Shown: piece after piece, positions 1-12,215 of the stretch
Layout of the letters: each line of letters starts with the position of its first letter
Position numbering within the stretch: position 1 is the stretch's first letter
Assembly: GCF_006345805.1 (NCBI RefSeq)
Contig: NC_043004.1
Coordinates: 49,104,001-49,168,000 of the forward strand
Direction of reading: 5' to 3'
DNA from: Octopus sinensis
Taxonomy: Eukaryota
DNA: 64,000 nucleotides
Program-made: the position numbers and the translations under genes
The notes under the pieces: generated by a model
Databases searched by the model: none
The model's input: the letters and a program-made list of their open reading frames with translations, nothing else
Told to the model about the DNA's origin: nothing

Positions 1-69
1 GCTGTAAACTTAAGCTGGTGTTTGGAACATAAATTAACATGAAATTTTAATGAAATGTTTTGATTTTAC

Positions 70-226
70 TTTTATTTTTATTTTACTTGTTTTAGCCTGG
101 TACTTATTCTGTCGCTCTCTTTTACCGAACCGCTAGGTAATATAGTAACATAAACACACCAACATCAATTGTCAAGCGTTGGTAGGGGGACTGACACTGA
201 CACACACACACACACACACACGCACG

Positions 227-267
<41 letters not shown>

Positions 268-452
268 ACACACACACATACAAGCACACACACACACACG
301 CACAACAGGCTTCTATCAGTTTCCGTCTACCAAATCACAAGGTTTTTGTCTTCGTGAGGCTATAGTTGAAGAAACTTGCCCGAGGTGCCATGCGATGGGA
401 CTGAACCCAGATTATGTCTTTGGAAGCAAGCTTCTTACCACACAGCCACACC
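70..452 (-). mobile_element. tRNA-derived SINE, family A (head + internal CA/TA microsatellite + 3' domain)
   Basis: Minus strand reads GTGGCTGTGTGGTAAGAAGCTTGCTT...GGGTTCAGTCCC (A/B box-like). The same bipartite sequence recurs at 41031, 44586 and 57966. Confidence 0.85.
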
Positions 453-739
453 TTATTTTAAAGCAAGATGTTTGTATTATTGTGTCAAAAGCAGTTTAAC
501 GCGGCTTGGTAAGTATCCTCGTATAACGGATTTTGGGTTTCTTGGGCAATAGTCAATCAGCTTCATCATCCTCTTTATCCCTGACGAGACTAACAAAAAC
601 TTCATCTATTACATTGAATCAATATCCCAAGTTACTCCTTGTATCATCTTGCCAAGTTTAGATGTCGTCCGTGACATCTATTTCAGTAGTTCTCGGCTGT
701 ATACGAGGACCTTACCTTCAAAATCATATTTTACCTCCG

Positions 740-3250
740 CATCGTACAGATATACCAGTCTTTGGCCATAGCAGTTGATTTCACCGGTCTTCAGTGTGGT
801 CGATACATTGAATATTACAGACTTGAGATATTTGTCCTACACTCTACCAATAGCTTCTGGAATATCGTCACTTTGCCTAACTCTTCTCCTCCAACTTTTA
901 TTATTGTTACACCAAGTTTAATGTTGTGGACAATCACATTAGAGGATATCCTTTGCCAGGGGATCTTCTTCATTCATCTTGAAATATGCTGTCAATTTGA
1001 TAGATCTATTTTTTGCTAGAGCTTCTTGTGCATAATTCAGATTAAACACAATCGTCTGTTGATCTAGCAAATGTATCAGCAAGCATTCCTCAGCAGGTTA
1101 CCTTTGCTGAATTGGAAACTCAAATAATATCCAGCAAGCCTCTGACGCTCCAATATAGCGGCAATTTTTGTAATTCGAAATTTCATCCATTTGATTTTCG
1201 TTGCCAACTTTAAGACGCATGCCATCTTGTCTGTGTAAAGAAACTGTTGCATAGTCAATACCTTTGAAAATGTACTTGTAAAAATATTTTCCAGCCTTAA
1301 TAGATGCACACCATTCAAGATTATGCACCTCGTGCTTATGCAACAACCAAGCATTATAAGGAACTATATAACGGTTATCAACAACAATTTCTCTATTTCC
1401 AATACGTATTGAAGCTGTGAAGCCACCATCTCGAGGGTTTCGGTGACGAGACTGCGGATAAGAATCATTTCCAATTAAGGTTTGTGATCTGTAATCTTTT
1501 GAATATCATTTACTGCAAACTCCATTCACCATGCAGGGAGAATTTAAATTATCTTTTCCGCAGGGTCCATGTATCATGTGTTTCTTCATCAAGGAATAAA
1601 GATGCGACGTTAATGGGTTTTCGGGATTGGAAGCTCAGCTGTAACAATTTTATCAATTTCTTGCCATGTGTTGTGATGATGTTTTATAATGAATAAGAAA
1701 TCGCAAAGAAATAGTTGCTGTTGCTTTAATTTAAATACTCTTGCAGTGATATCTGGTCGTTAACTATTTCATGTCCTTTTGGATTGCATCTAAAAGTCAA
1801 AAATAAAGTAGGTTTGCCAAACTTTCTAACTATGGCCATTGCATCCTGGTAGTGTTTTTGCCATATATCGCGGACTTCCTTGTAAATGAACTTGGTAATA
1901 TATATCTGCGACCTATACGATTAGTATCACCTGCAAATATATCATCTTGTAAGCCATTATATAAATAAGCTCTTAAGGTTGCTTGATTGTCACAAACATA
2001 TCGTAGATGGGTGGATTGTACTTTGGCAAATTGGATCTTACACAGTATTACTGAAACAAACGCTGACCTAATTACAATATATTTGTAGATCCTGTTCTTT
2101 TCATGATGTGATAACAATAAAATTGAACTATTGAAATTTGACGGTTGAAAAAATACACGGGTGCATCATTGGGTCGTATGATCGATGTGAGTCACTTAAT
2201 ATTTGTAAAGATATTTGGTTATTCTCTGCTATGAATTTTGTTACGACCATTCGTTATGAACAATTCGTTTCCTCGTTAAGATTATTTGGTATAAGAATAG
2301 CAAGCTCATTAGAAGTTGGTAGATTATATCTCCTGGAGTGTTCCCCGTAAGGTATTTTATCCGCATGTAAGCCAGCAGGAATATTTCCAGCGTCAGTTTG
2401 CTCCTGCACGGATAGAAAAGATTGTAAGTATTTCCAGCAGATATCATAGCAGAATGAATTTTTCGAAATAGGTTTATATCGAAGGCTTGCTTTGCATTGT
2501 TAAGAGGCAATCCTTCTATTTGTCTTCTTATTTGTTCTTTATGATCATAGAAATACGTTTGTAAGCTAGACTGGACTGTTCTTATTTGGTTTCTAAGAGC
2601 TCCAATAAATCTATAAAGAATTCCATGTATTCTGTAATTTGTAATTCCTCTCAGTATTGAAGTGTCATCTACTTTCATAGAACACATTGCCATTTCGCTG
2701 TTGAACCTTCGAATATTGCATTTGAAATATTTTGCTTCAGGAGTATTAGAAAGAAAGAGATCAGCAAGTACGTTCGGTAACTCAGGGATATTTTCAATTT
2801 TTATCATTCCTGATTTACAACAAACATATACCAAAACTAGGATTGTTCATTGATCCTCCTGTACGCTCTCCAATAAACATCAAAGCATTGCAGTGGTGGC
2901 AACGGACTTCCACGAGGCCGCAACTATTGGCGAGCAACGTCAACGGGAACCTATAGATGTCCATCAACCTATTATTGATTTGCCAACGTCTTCTGTGTTG
3001 TGCTGCAGTTTGTTCTAAAATCTGTTCACATTGTTCTTTTGACAGCTGTTGTCTTGCATTTCGATGCTGAACAGCGTTTTGTTCTAAAATTGCTTTCTTC
3101 GCTCCTGTGGCTGCGCTAAACGGAGCAGACGCTGTCTTTCCGTGTTCCTTTTACGTTGCTTTTCATTCTGTTCTTGAGTTTGCCTTAATCTTCATAATTG
3201 CCGACTCAAACATTTTGCAGTTCTTCTCTAATTGGACCATTCCTCTTCCA
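740..3250 (-). pseudogene. Decayed Helitron Rep/helicase gene (N-terminal and Rep region; frameshifts and stops)
   Basis: Minus-strand fragments match Helitron motifs in order: CHHCNALM..CCKSG, YFKCNIRRFNS, RYILPSSFT, FGKPTLFLTF.CNPK, PDITARVFKLK, KKHMIHGPCG..NSPCM, RYIVPYNAWLL, CASIKAGKYFYKYIFKG, DEI..Y..CRYIGASEACW. Confidence 0.9.
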
Positions 3251-3464
3251 TGGACAAAGCTTAATTAAATATTTATTAATTAAATAGAATAGTATGAAAA
3301 TAAAAAAAAACAAAACATATTAGTGACACAGGCGATTGTATTATGATGACGATATTGGTATCTTATTTACACAGTGAAAGAAGAAGGAAAAAAAAATTCA
3401 GTTTCATTTTGACGACAAACGCTGTTTCATACATACAAACATTCATATACTTCCCTTTTACATG

Positions 3465-3475
3465 CGCACGCACAC

Positions 3476-3538
<63 letters not shown>

Positions 3539-3557
3539 ACACACACACACACACACA
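3465..3557. repeat. (CA)n microsatellite
   Basis: Direct dinucleotide run; explains the HT/CV ORFs here. Confidence 0.95.
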
Positions 3558-3842
3558 AATCAGCGTTCAGTATTCTCTTACACTTCCGTAGTACACACGC
3601 ACACACAAACAATCACATACATTCCTTTTACATGCGCATATGTTTCTCTCTTTCTCTCTTTGTGCGTCTCTCTCTGTCTCTCTTTCTTTCTTTCTCTCCT
3701 TCCCCTTCTCAACTCTACTTCTCTACTTACCCCCTCTCTCTAACTCTACTATTGTTTTTTTTCTCTTTCTTTATCACTCCTTCCTTCATTATTGATATGT
3801 TGTGATGGACTGACGCTCTTCCTCAATATCTCTTTTCCTTTC

Positions 3843-3860
3843 ATTCATTCATTCATTCAT

Positions 3861-3946
<86 letters not shown>
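3843..3946. repeat. (TTCA)n/(TTTC)n microsatellite
   Basis: Direct tetranucleotide run. Confidence 0.95.
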
Positions 3947-3948
<2 letters not shown>

Positions 3949-4464
3949 GCTTCTTTCCTTTCGTTCTTTCACTTTCTTCCTATTTCATTCACCTTCTCCT
4001 TTCCTCTATCTAATTACTGATGGCTTTGGACAGACGGACAAACGGACATGGCTCTTATTATAGTATAGAAGATTACTAACACGTTTGTCTCCACCTGGGT
4101 GAGCTAAGTGCTGTCCAAAATTAGTAATGTCTACACTTCAACAGTCCAAGCTTTGAGAACAATATCTTGGAATTTACACATATATAATGCAAGAAAAATC
4201 AGTCAATTCACCTACAAAAACAATAAAGCACTGGTAGCAGATGTATTGTGTCTTTGGATATAGCAAACAGGTTGATGTGTCCAACACCATTACTTTGAAA
4301 GGAGCATAACCGTCAGCATTTGTACTACACTACACTTTAAAATGCTCCTTTCTTAATTTATGGCAAGAAATGGAGGCTTCTTTCTTAAAATCTTAAATAT
4401 TCCAGAGTACCAATGTAACATAGTTTCATCTCCAATAGTAAGTAAGTACAGTTTCGAGTCTCAG

Positions 4465-4697
4465 GAATCATAGGGTTGGTTACCCGGGATCCATGGTGTA
4501 TAAGTGACTGAAATCACAACTTTTCTTCTGAACAGAATGCCAGTTCTGTTATAGAGTTACTTATTTACAACTGAGTGAACTGAAGCAACGTGAAATGAAG
4601 GATTTTTATTCAAGAACACAACGCGTCGCCTTGCCCGGAAATCGAAACCACGATTGTGAGATCGTGAATGAAACACCCTAACCACTAAGCCCCGCAA
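4465..4697 (-). mobile_element. tRNA-derived SINE, family D, decayed
   Basis: Reverse complement of the family D head and body seen at 24714 (...CAACGTGAAATGAAG...CAAGAACACAACGCGTCGCC...AACCACTAAGCC). Confidence 0.7.
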
Positions 4698-4927
4698 CTT
4701 TATTTCATCCTCAATATACACATGAACAATTTAGGAGCCCTTCACATTTCAGTCATTGAATATTTCTTTGATTAGTTCGATTTCCTCTACACCTGTATCA
4801 TCATGAGTCATTTTATGTTTCTCTTTTCAAATGCCGACTTCAAATTTGAGCGGTATCTAATTACTGAAATGTCAAAGAAAATTGAAGGTTAATACACGTT
4901 GTGCCAGTGTGGCCTATGGTATATATA

Positions 4928-5086
4928 TACGACGGGTTTCTTTCAGTTTCCGTCTACCAAATCCACTCACAAAGCTTTGGTCGGCCCGAGGCTACAGTAG
5001 AAAACACCTGCCGAAGATGCTACGCAGTGGGACTGAAACCGAAACTATGTGATTAGGAAGCAAGCTTCTTACCACACAGCCACGCC
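4928..5086 (-). mobile_element. SINE family A, head half
   Basis: Matches the 5' half of the copies at 41031 and 57966. Confidence 0.85.
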
Positions 5087-5264
5087 TTCACATGTTTATA
5101 TATATATATATGTATAAATATATGTATATATATATGTAGTTGCTTCCCAACTACATTGTTTCGGGTATATATATATATATATATATATATGTAGGTCCCG
5201 GGTTGAGTCGGGGTTAATCACAGTAAATAAGGTACTCAACATAGCAGAGTAAATTAATTTATTA

Positions 5265-5378
5265 TATAGAAGGAGCTTCTACAGGACTAGAACTGTTTCA
5301 TTCAAAAGAAATCATCAGGAGCTTCCTGATGATTTCTTTTGAATGAACAGTTCTAGTCCTGTAGAAGCTCCTTCTATA
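5265..5378. ncRNA. Palindrome carrying a type I hammerhead ribozyme motif on each strand (PLE terminal repeat-like)
   Basis: Arms 5265-5320 and 5324-5378 are reverse complements apart from one indel. The + strand reads GAGCTTC-CTGATGA-TTTCTTTTGAAT-GAA-CAG-TTCTAGTC-CTG-TA-GAAGCTC. The - strand copy has intact GAAA but a 1-nt gap in stem I. Confidence 0.7.
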
Positions 5379-5386
5379 ATAATATA

Positions 5387-5420
<34 letters not shown>

Positions 5421-5699
5421 ATGTGTGTGTGTACATGTATCCATATATACATACATACATGCATACATACATACACACACACATGCACACATATATATGT
5501 GTGTGTGTGTGTGTGTGTGTATGTGTGTGTGTGTGTGTGTGTGTGTATGAAGTGAGTGTTTGTACACCGGCATCTATAAGTATGCATTGTCGTTTGTCTT
5601 TGCGTTTATACGTGGCATTTACGTGTATTTAGGTAATAAATTGCTTCGCTTCAAACTCCACCCGACAATGTGTCTGTACCCTATCTTTCTTATACCACT

Positions 5700-6100
5700 A
5701 TCATTGACCCTTTAACTTGACACGTGATTGCTATGTACTGATTTATGGAAAACCATTTCCTTTAACGATGCTTCTTAGAAAAATTGATGAATGAAACTTA
5801 TATTATTATATCATAAAAAATACAAGTGACGAGTTTATTTACTTTCTTCTAAAGATACTAAATTTGGCAGTTCCTTCTTGAATCCAGTGCAGACTTTTCT
5901 ATTTAAGAGAAAAGGCCATTTTGTTTTTGTATTATATTATTCGTTAGGTTATAATTAAGTATATGCGGAAGCTATTGCATAATATACCTTATATAGCGAG
6001 CATGATTATTTCAGTATTCTCATCCATGTCTATATGCACGATATTTGATTTTTCAGTAAGACATGATGAAACAACTGTAAACAATGGAGTAAGCCAGCTA
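5700..6100 (-). pseudogene. Possible decayed PLE GIY-YIG endonuclease C-terminus
   Basis: Minus-strand fragments SIVYSC and CQ(L)..LEE(K) resemble PLE IVY.C...CxLCLEEK motifs. They lie upstream (on the minus strand) of the hammerhead repeat. Heavily degenerate. Confidence 0.35.
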
Positions 6101-6143
6101 CTCTATTCTTCACTTATGATATTCATACATACACACACACACA

Positions 6144-6320
6144 CGTATGTATGTACGTATGTATGTATGTATGTATGTATGTATGTATGTATGTATGTAT
6201 GTATGTATGTATGTATGTACGTATGTATGTACGTGTGTATGTATGTATGTACGTATGTATGTATGTACGTATGTATGTATGTATGTATGTATGTATGTAT
6301 GTATGTATGTATGTATGTAT
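6144..6320. repeat. (TATG)n microsatellite
   Basis: Direct tetranucleotide run. Confidence 0.95.
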
Positions 6321-6958
6321 GTGTGTCCCCATTGGGAATGAAGGACTCCTTGCCTTTGTTAGGGCATCCTTCTAGGAGAAGGTAACTCAGGTAACTGGGA
6401 TAACTTCGACATAAAACCTGCGGCTCAGTGGTTACCGATGATGTTGACTTGTTCTACTTTTCGGATTATGGCTGCTGTTGCTTAGTGAGTGGGATTGACT
6501 CAGTGCACAGCCTTTCCTCACTTAAAAAAAAATCTTCTTGCACAGGCATTGCACGATAACAACACTGATTAAGCTTCGTGCAATGGCCATACTCGATAAC
6601 GAGAGGGCAGCCACCATGTATGTATGTACGTACTATATATGTACCTATGCATTCACAGAATATAATGGAAATTGGATCATTAACGAGCATGTTAATCGCC
6701 CGCAAGCAAGTTGCACAAAGATGGAATCTTTTAAAACCAACTTGCAGATCTGCAGTCTGTATTATCTCTTCTCAGTTAAATACAATGCAGAAACTTTACA
6801 TTTGACAATCTTTTCAGGTGTGTCTCTTCAGACTACCGATAAAAAGCAAAATGTTTTCTCAGGTGGTAAAGCTTTAGTAATTTTAGTTTGCTTTATAGTG
6901 TACCCCTGAGAGTTTCTCTCTTTCTCTCTCTCTCTCTCCCCTCCTTCCACCTCCCCCC

Positions 6959-7004
<46 letters not shown>

Positions 7005-7105
7005 GATATAAATCCGGTTCTGTTTGTGTGTGTGTTAAACATTATTACGGCCGTATTTCTCATCTTATTTTCTCCAACTGGGAACATACATTACTTATGT
7101 TCCAG

Positions 7106-7199
7106 GGATGGTTTTAGAATCTTAAAATTTTCACATAATGAGTATACTGGCACCCTGGAGGCAGAAAACATCCGTTTCTGGGTCACGTGGACAAGGGAG
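7106..7199 (+). CDS. Candidate internal exon of an unidentified host gene (94 nt, phase 2 to 0)
   Basis: TTATGTTCCAG acceptor and GAG|GTAACT donor; open frame DGFRILKFSHNEYTGTLEAENIRFWVTWTRE in non-repetitive sequence. No family recognised. Confidence 0.35.
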
Positions 7200-7454
7200 G
7201 TAACTCTTTGCGAAGTAACTTTCAGAAATTGATTGCCTCTCTTACCTCCATTGGTCATTTAAAAAATTGCTTTCTATATTAGATTCACAATTTTGAAAGA
7301 TTTTAAAAATATTTACTTCTGGTTTTCTAGCGACAGTGACGTCTGTATCTCTCTATTTATATTTCTCTATCCATCTCTCTCTATCTATTTCTATCTCTCT
7401 ATCCATCTCTATCTCTGTATCTATTTATCTTTCCGTATCTATCTGTTTACATCT

Positions 7455-7589
<135 letters not shown>

Positions 7590-7590
<1 letters not shown>

Positions 7591-9116
7591 CTATAATATT
7601 TGTCTAACTAGCTAGCTATCTCGCTTCCCTTTTCTGTATACCTCATTCTCTATCGTTTTTGCTTTCATTTTTCAGACGCTATTGCTTTCAGTTTAAGTTC
7701 AATCGCTATTGTTTTCACTATAAATTTTCAATCACTATTTACAAACATCAACGACAAATTTCTGACAGAAAGAAGTTTAAAATAACTGAAAATAATTTCA
7801 TACATAAATTACTGACAGAAGTAACTTCATAAATTTCACTTCAATCTATACCCTTTCGTTAAATTTGCCTACACATTTCATATTTGCTTTTGTAACGTTT
7901 TGTGTTCTTTTTTGTTGCTGACCGAATTACTCATAAAAGCAAGTTCATAATTTACTGACAGAAGTCATTCCAAAAATTTCACTTAAATCCGTACACTTGG
8001 TTAATTTCCTTAAAACTTTCTTATTTACTTTTGCAACGGTTTTGTGTTTTTCTGTTGTTAACGGCTTTTTTTAGTATTTCTGTTGTTAATGGCCAGATTC
8101 TTCGATACTGCTCTTTGGTTCACTTCAACCGTACCGTTCTTTATTTTCCGTAAAAAATTCTTATTTACTTTCTGCCTGTCGTATTAAGAAATAATTTCCG
8201 TTACCCAGTTATTTTCATTGTTTACTATCTTCTGCACTACGGATATAATCATGCCTCGAACGAAAGTGTTAAATTTGTCTACAATGTCAAGGTGGGCCAA
8301 AAGAATGTCTCTGTCCAGGGAAAGAGAGACCGCTGCAGAAAGGGAAGCATACCAAGAAACGAACAGACTGTATACAACAAAACCCAGCTCATCTCAAAGT
8401 GATGAACAGAGATATGCACGGCTAACAAGGAATAGGATCTCCACAGTTGCAACAGCTCGGAGAAGCGACTTCTATGAAATAGTTTTCAATTATGATCCAG
8501 CAGTTCATTATGGGGATGACGCAAGAGTTTTCATTGCATTCACTGTAAAGCAAGGAAGTGGTCTGGAGAGGCACCTGCACTGTAGTGCAGTGGTGGGAAA
8601 GTTAAACTCCCTGCAATCCCCCAACCTCCAGAGCCATTGAAGAAACTGTTGTCATCACCTGACCAAGATTCCAAATACTTTCAAAACAAAATTAGACAAT
8701 ACTACGCTGCACTACAGATGACATCATTTGGAGCCACAAGAGATTTAACTGAGCCAGGTTTCATGCAAACTTTCAAGATCCAAGGTCAGATTTATCATCG
8801 GATTGGCTCTCTACTACCTGTGTCAAATGAATCACCAAAATTGGCCTTTAATCTGTACCTGTTTTTTTGGTTACGAAATAAATTATACAAAACGTGTTTT
8901 TGAATTACGTGTATTTACTTTATATACATATATGAGTTGAAAACTTTACTTCAACATTTCATTTAACGTCTATGTTCCATGTTGGCATGGGTTGGAGAGT
9001 TATTAAGGTAGAAAACTGGTATCTCAGCTACTAGCAGTTGAGACACGCGTAATCTAGACGGCGTTTTAAAATTTCATTGTTCTTTAACCCGGGCAACACT
9101 GGGCATTTCTGATAGT
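7590..9116 (+). mobile_element. Internally deleted Helitron with N-terminal Rep coding remnant (8251-8870)
   Basis: SKYFQNKIRQY..ALQMTSFGA..MQTFKIQGQIYHRIGSLLP is a Helitron N-terminal motif. The 3' end has a CCCGG/CTGGG hairpin (9088-9103) followed by a degenerate CTAG-T (ATAGT, 9112-9116). The 5' boundary is approximate. Confidence 0.8.
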
Positions 9117-9167
9117 GTGTATATATATATATATATATATAGGTAAACAGTAACATTAATTACAGAC

Positions 9168-9204
<37 letters not shown>

Positions 9205-9559
9205 GCTCCAAATGATATATATATATATATATGTACATACATATATATGTACATGCATACAAATATATTAAATATATATGCATGTATAGGTATGCATATG
9301 TGCATATATTTGTGTGTATATACACATATACACAAATACACATACGTATGTTCACACACATACGCGCATAATATAATATGATGTATAAGCATAATTTAAG
9401 AAAAAGTCTTGACATAGTCAGAATATTAAAAAAAAATAATTAGAAATTATTAATTACATAAAAATGTTTAAAAAGCCAGATTAACACTTTTTTCTATCAA
9501 TCTGCTTTTTTCAATGATTTTCTTTTATATAATTAAAATTTAATTAAAAGCATTTGTTC

Positions 9560-9661
<102 letters not shown>

Positions 9662-9682
9662 CACTCTTTTTGTTCATCCAAG

Positions 9683-9712
9683 ATGGAGAAGAGACAACAT
9701 CCCATGTGGCAG
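9683..9712 (+). CDS. Candidate 30-nt micro-exon (MEKRQHPMWQ in phase 0)
   Basis: CTCTTTTTGTTCATCCAAG acceptor and CAG|GTTTGA donor; phase-compatible with the 7106-7199 candidate. Could be chance. Confidence 0.25.
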
Positions 9713-9984
9713 GTTTGACTGTTGTTAAGATTTCTCTCGGCATGAAACCAGTGGTAGCCTTGTTAGCCAACAAGCAAAAAATATTTATCCACCAATGCGG
9801 TGTTGAGCACTCATTCGATATTAGCATACTATGTGTGTGTGTGTGCGCGCGCGCGCGTGCGTGTGTGTGTGTGTGTGTGTGTGCATGATATGTAAAAAAT
9901 CAAAGGTTACGACCACCTTCGGTCATGAATATAGTGAGGCCCGGGGGAAAATACATTGGGTAGCATTGGTATAAAAGGTAAAGG

Positions 9985-10273
9985 TAAAGGTAAAGGTCCC
10001 CTTCGGTCGTGAATGACCATGGGATTTTACCTAGAAAATTCCCCTCTGAGGCTCAAGTCCGGGCAAGATTGTTTGTGGAAGACCAGCAATCGCCCATGCA
10101 TACCAGCTTCCTGTCTTCCCGACACTGATATTATCCTAAGGCCGATACATCTTGCCACCAGTCACATCGTAAATCATTTCTGCAGCTGAGTTAATAAAGT
10201 GTCTTGCTCAAGTACTCAACACACAGCCTGGTCCTTGAACCGAACTCACTACATCATGATTCTGAACTTGATA
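9985..10273 (-). mobile_element. tRNA-derived SINE (family D-like head) with (TTTACC)n tail
   Basis: Minus strand GCGGCTCAGTGGTTAG...GAGTTCGGTTC head and AAAGGT repeats at the 3' end. A related copy lies at 57320-57612. Confidence 0.65.
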
Positions 10274-10292
10274 CACTAACCACTGAGCCGCA

Positions 10293-10356
<64 letters not shown>

Positions 10357-10386
10357 TGTATGTATGTATATATATATGTATATATG

Positions 10387-11286
10387 TTGGGTCAGCCCAT
10401 AAATAATGTTTTTGTTTTTAAATTGCATGAACTAAAAGTCGGAGGGGGACGGGATAAACTACTTGCATCGTCTTTTACCTTGTCCTTATTCTTAGTGCAG
10501 GTTTTGAAGAGTGCAGTTTGATTTAAACAGTTATTTTTTCAAAGTTATAATGGAAATGACAAAGGAGCATACTCGACATGTTTTGCTTTATGATCTCAAT
10601 AAAGGCAACAATGCAACGGAAAGTGCAATGAATATTAATGCATTATATGAAGATCGGACAATAAGCATAAGCCAGTGTCAACGGTTGTTCCGGAATTCAG
10701 AGCTGGAAACTACAGCCTAGAAGACGAGCCTCGTCTTGAAAAATTTGTAGTGCTCGACGAGGACGTCCTGCAAACCCTGGTGGAGTAAAATCCCATCGTA
10801 ACTGTTGAGGAACTGGCAGAGAAGTTTGGATTTGGTCATTCAACCATTCATCGACACCTGCGCCAGAACAAAGACGACCATCTTTGGTTTCAAGACGAAA
10901 GGTGTTCTTCGATCAGGATAATACTCGGCCACATACAGCGAGGATGACATTCCAAAGGCTGGAGCAGTTTGAATGGGAAACGATGCTCCACCCACCATAT
11001 TCGCCGGATAATTCCCCAAATGATTATCATTTAGTCCGCAGTCTTCAAAATCATTTGGACGGAAAAAAATATGAATTCTGTTGACGAGGTCAGAACATTA
11101 CTAGAGGAGTATTTTTCGTCACGGGCAAGTGAATTTTGGAAGAGGGGCCTTGCAAGTCTACCAGATAGATGGAAGAGCATTGTAGAAAATGAGGGAGAGT
11201 ATATTTTAGATTAGAAAAGAACCTTGTTTATTTTAAATTTGCAAAATAAAAGAAGTATTAAAAAACCGCACTATTTATGGGACGTA
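10387..11286 (+). mobile_element. Mariner (DD34D) transposon, internally deleted and frameshifted
   Basis: MEMTKEHTRHVLLYDLNKGNNATES (HTH region), QDNTRPHTA and HPPYSPD.SPNDY. Both ends share CCCATAAATA(A/G)TG in inverted orientation. The first catalytic D region is missing. Confidence 0.9.
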
Positions 11287-11405
11287 TATGTATATGTATA
11301 TGTATATATATATATATATTATATATATATATATATATAAAATACAAAATGGGACATGAACGCAACACACACACACACACACCCACACATACACATATAT
11401 ATATA

Positions 11406-12185
11406 CTAGATTGCCCGTGACCCGTTGGGTCACTGAGAAACTCTGACAGAGTTTTGCTTCGTGGGTTGGAATGATTTGGCTGCTATTTCTTACACGCCCT
11501 GCTGTCACATAACAGGTATTTTGGGTCCTTTATCGCAAATAGCTGTTATGTGGTAGCAGGGCGTGCTAGAAGTAGCAGCTAAATCTTTGGAGGGGAGATA
11601 CGTTGAATGCACTCGAAAAAATCTGTTTCACACTGAGGTTACGAACGGGTCTTTTACGAAATGTCTACCGTATTTTTAAAGTCATTTTCACATTAAAATA
11701 TTTAAAAAATATGCCAAAAGGCATTTTTGTAATGGCATTCACTTGAAAATAATTTTAAAAACATAAAAATATTGTCTGTTTAAAGAAAGCTAAATATACA
11801 TACTTCCTGTACAAACAGCTTACATCTTTTAAATCACATTCACTTAAAAATATTTGTAAATGACTGGAATATTGTGTTTAACCAAAACAAAAATAGAAAT
11901 TATAAGAAAAAAATCGTTTTTTTCGTTAACTCGCTGTCTAATAGAAAGATAAGAGTTTCTTTCCTTTCAGAATGAAGATTATTTTCGGAACATTTTCCCA
12001 TTACGCACCATTTTGGGTGTTTATACCCTGAAAATCTCTAATATCTTGAAAACTACTTTACCGATTTACGCGAAACATTCATTGGATTCGTATTAACATT
12101 TCAGGGTAAACTTATATGCCACTTTCGCTGATTAACATTACAAGCAAGCAAACAAGATTGAAACTGACTTTTAATATTTTATAGA
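11406..12185 (-). mobile_element. Non-autonomous Helitron
   Basis: Minus strand starts A|TC at 12185 and ends with a perfect GTGACCC/GGGTCAC hairpin (11417-11433) then CTAG|T at 11406. No coding capacity. Confidence 0.65.
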
Positions 12186-12187
12186 TA

Positions 12188-12215
12188 CTAGCAGAAAGAC
12201 CACCCTCCGGGCGGT
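12188..12215 (-). mobile_element. 3' terminus of a second Helitron (element extends rightward, 5' end not resolved)
   Basis: Minus strand ACCGCCC-GGA-GGGTGGT hairpin, 7 nt, then CTAG|T. Confidence 0.6.

Noticed and set aside
6538-6909. 123-aa ORF as an exon upstream of 7106
   Set aside because: Available donors (after 6862 or 6865) are phase 1, incompatible with the phase 2 acceptor at 7106, and no motif was recognised.
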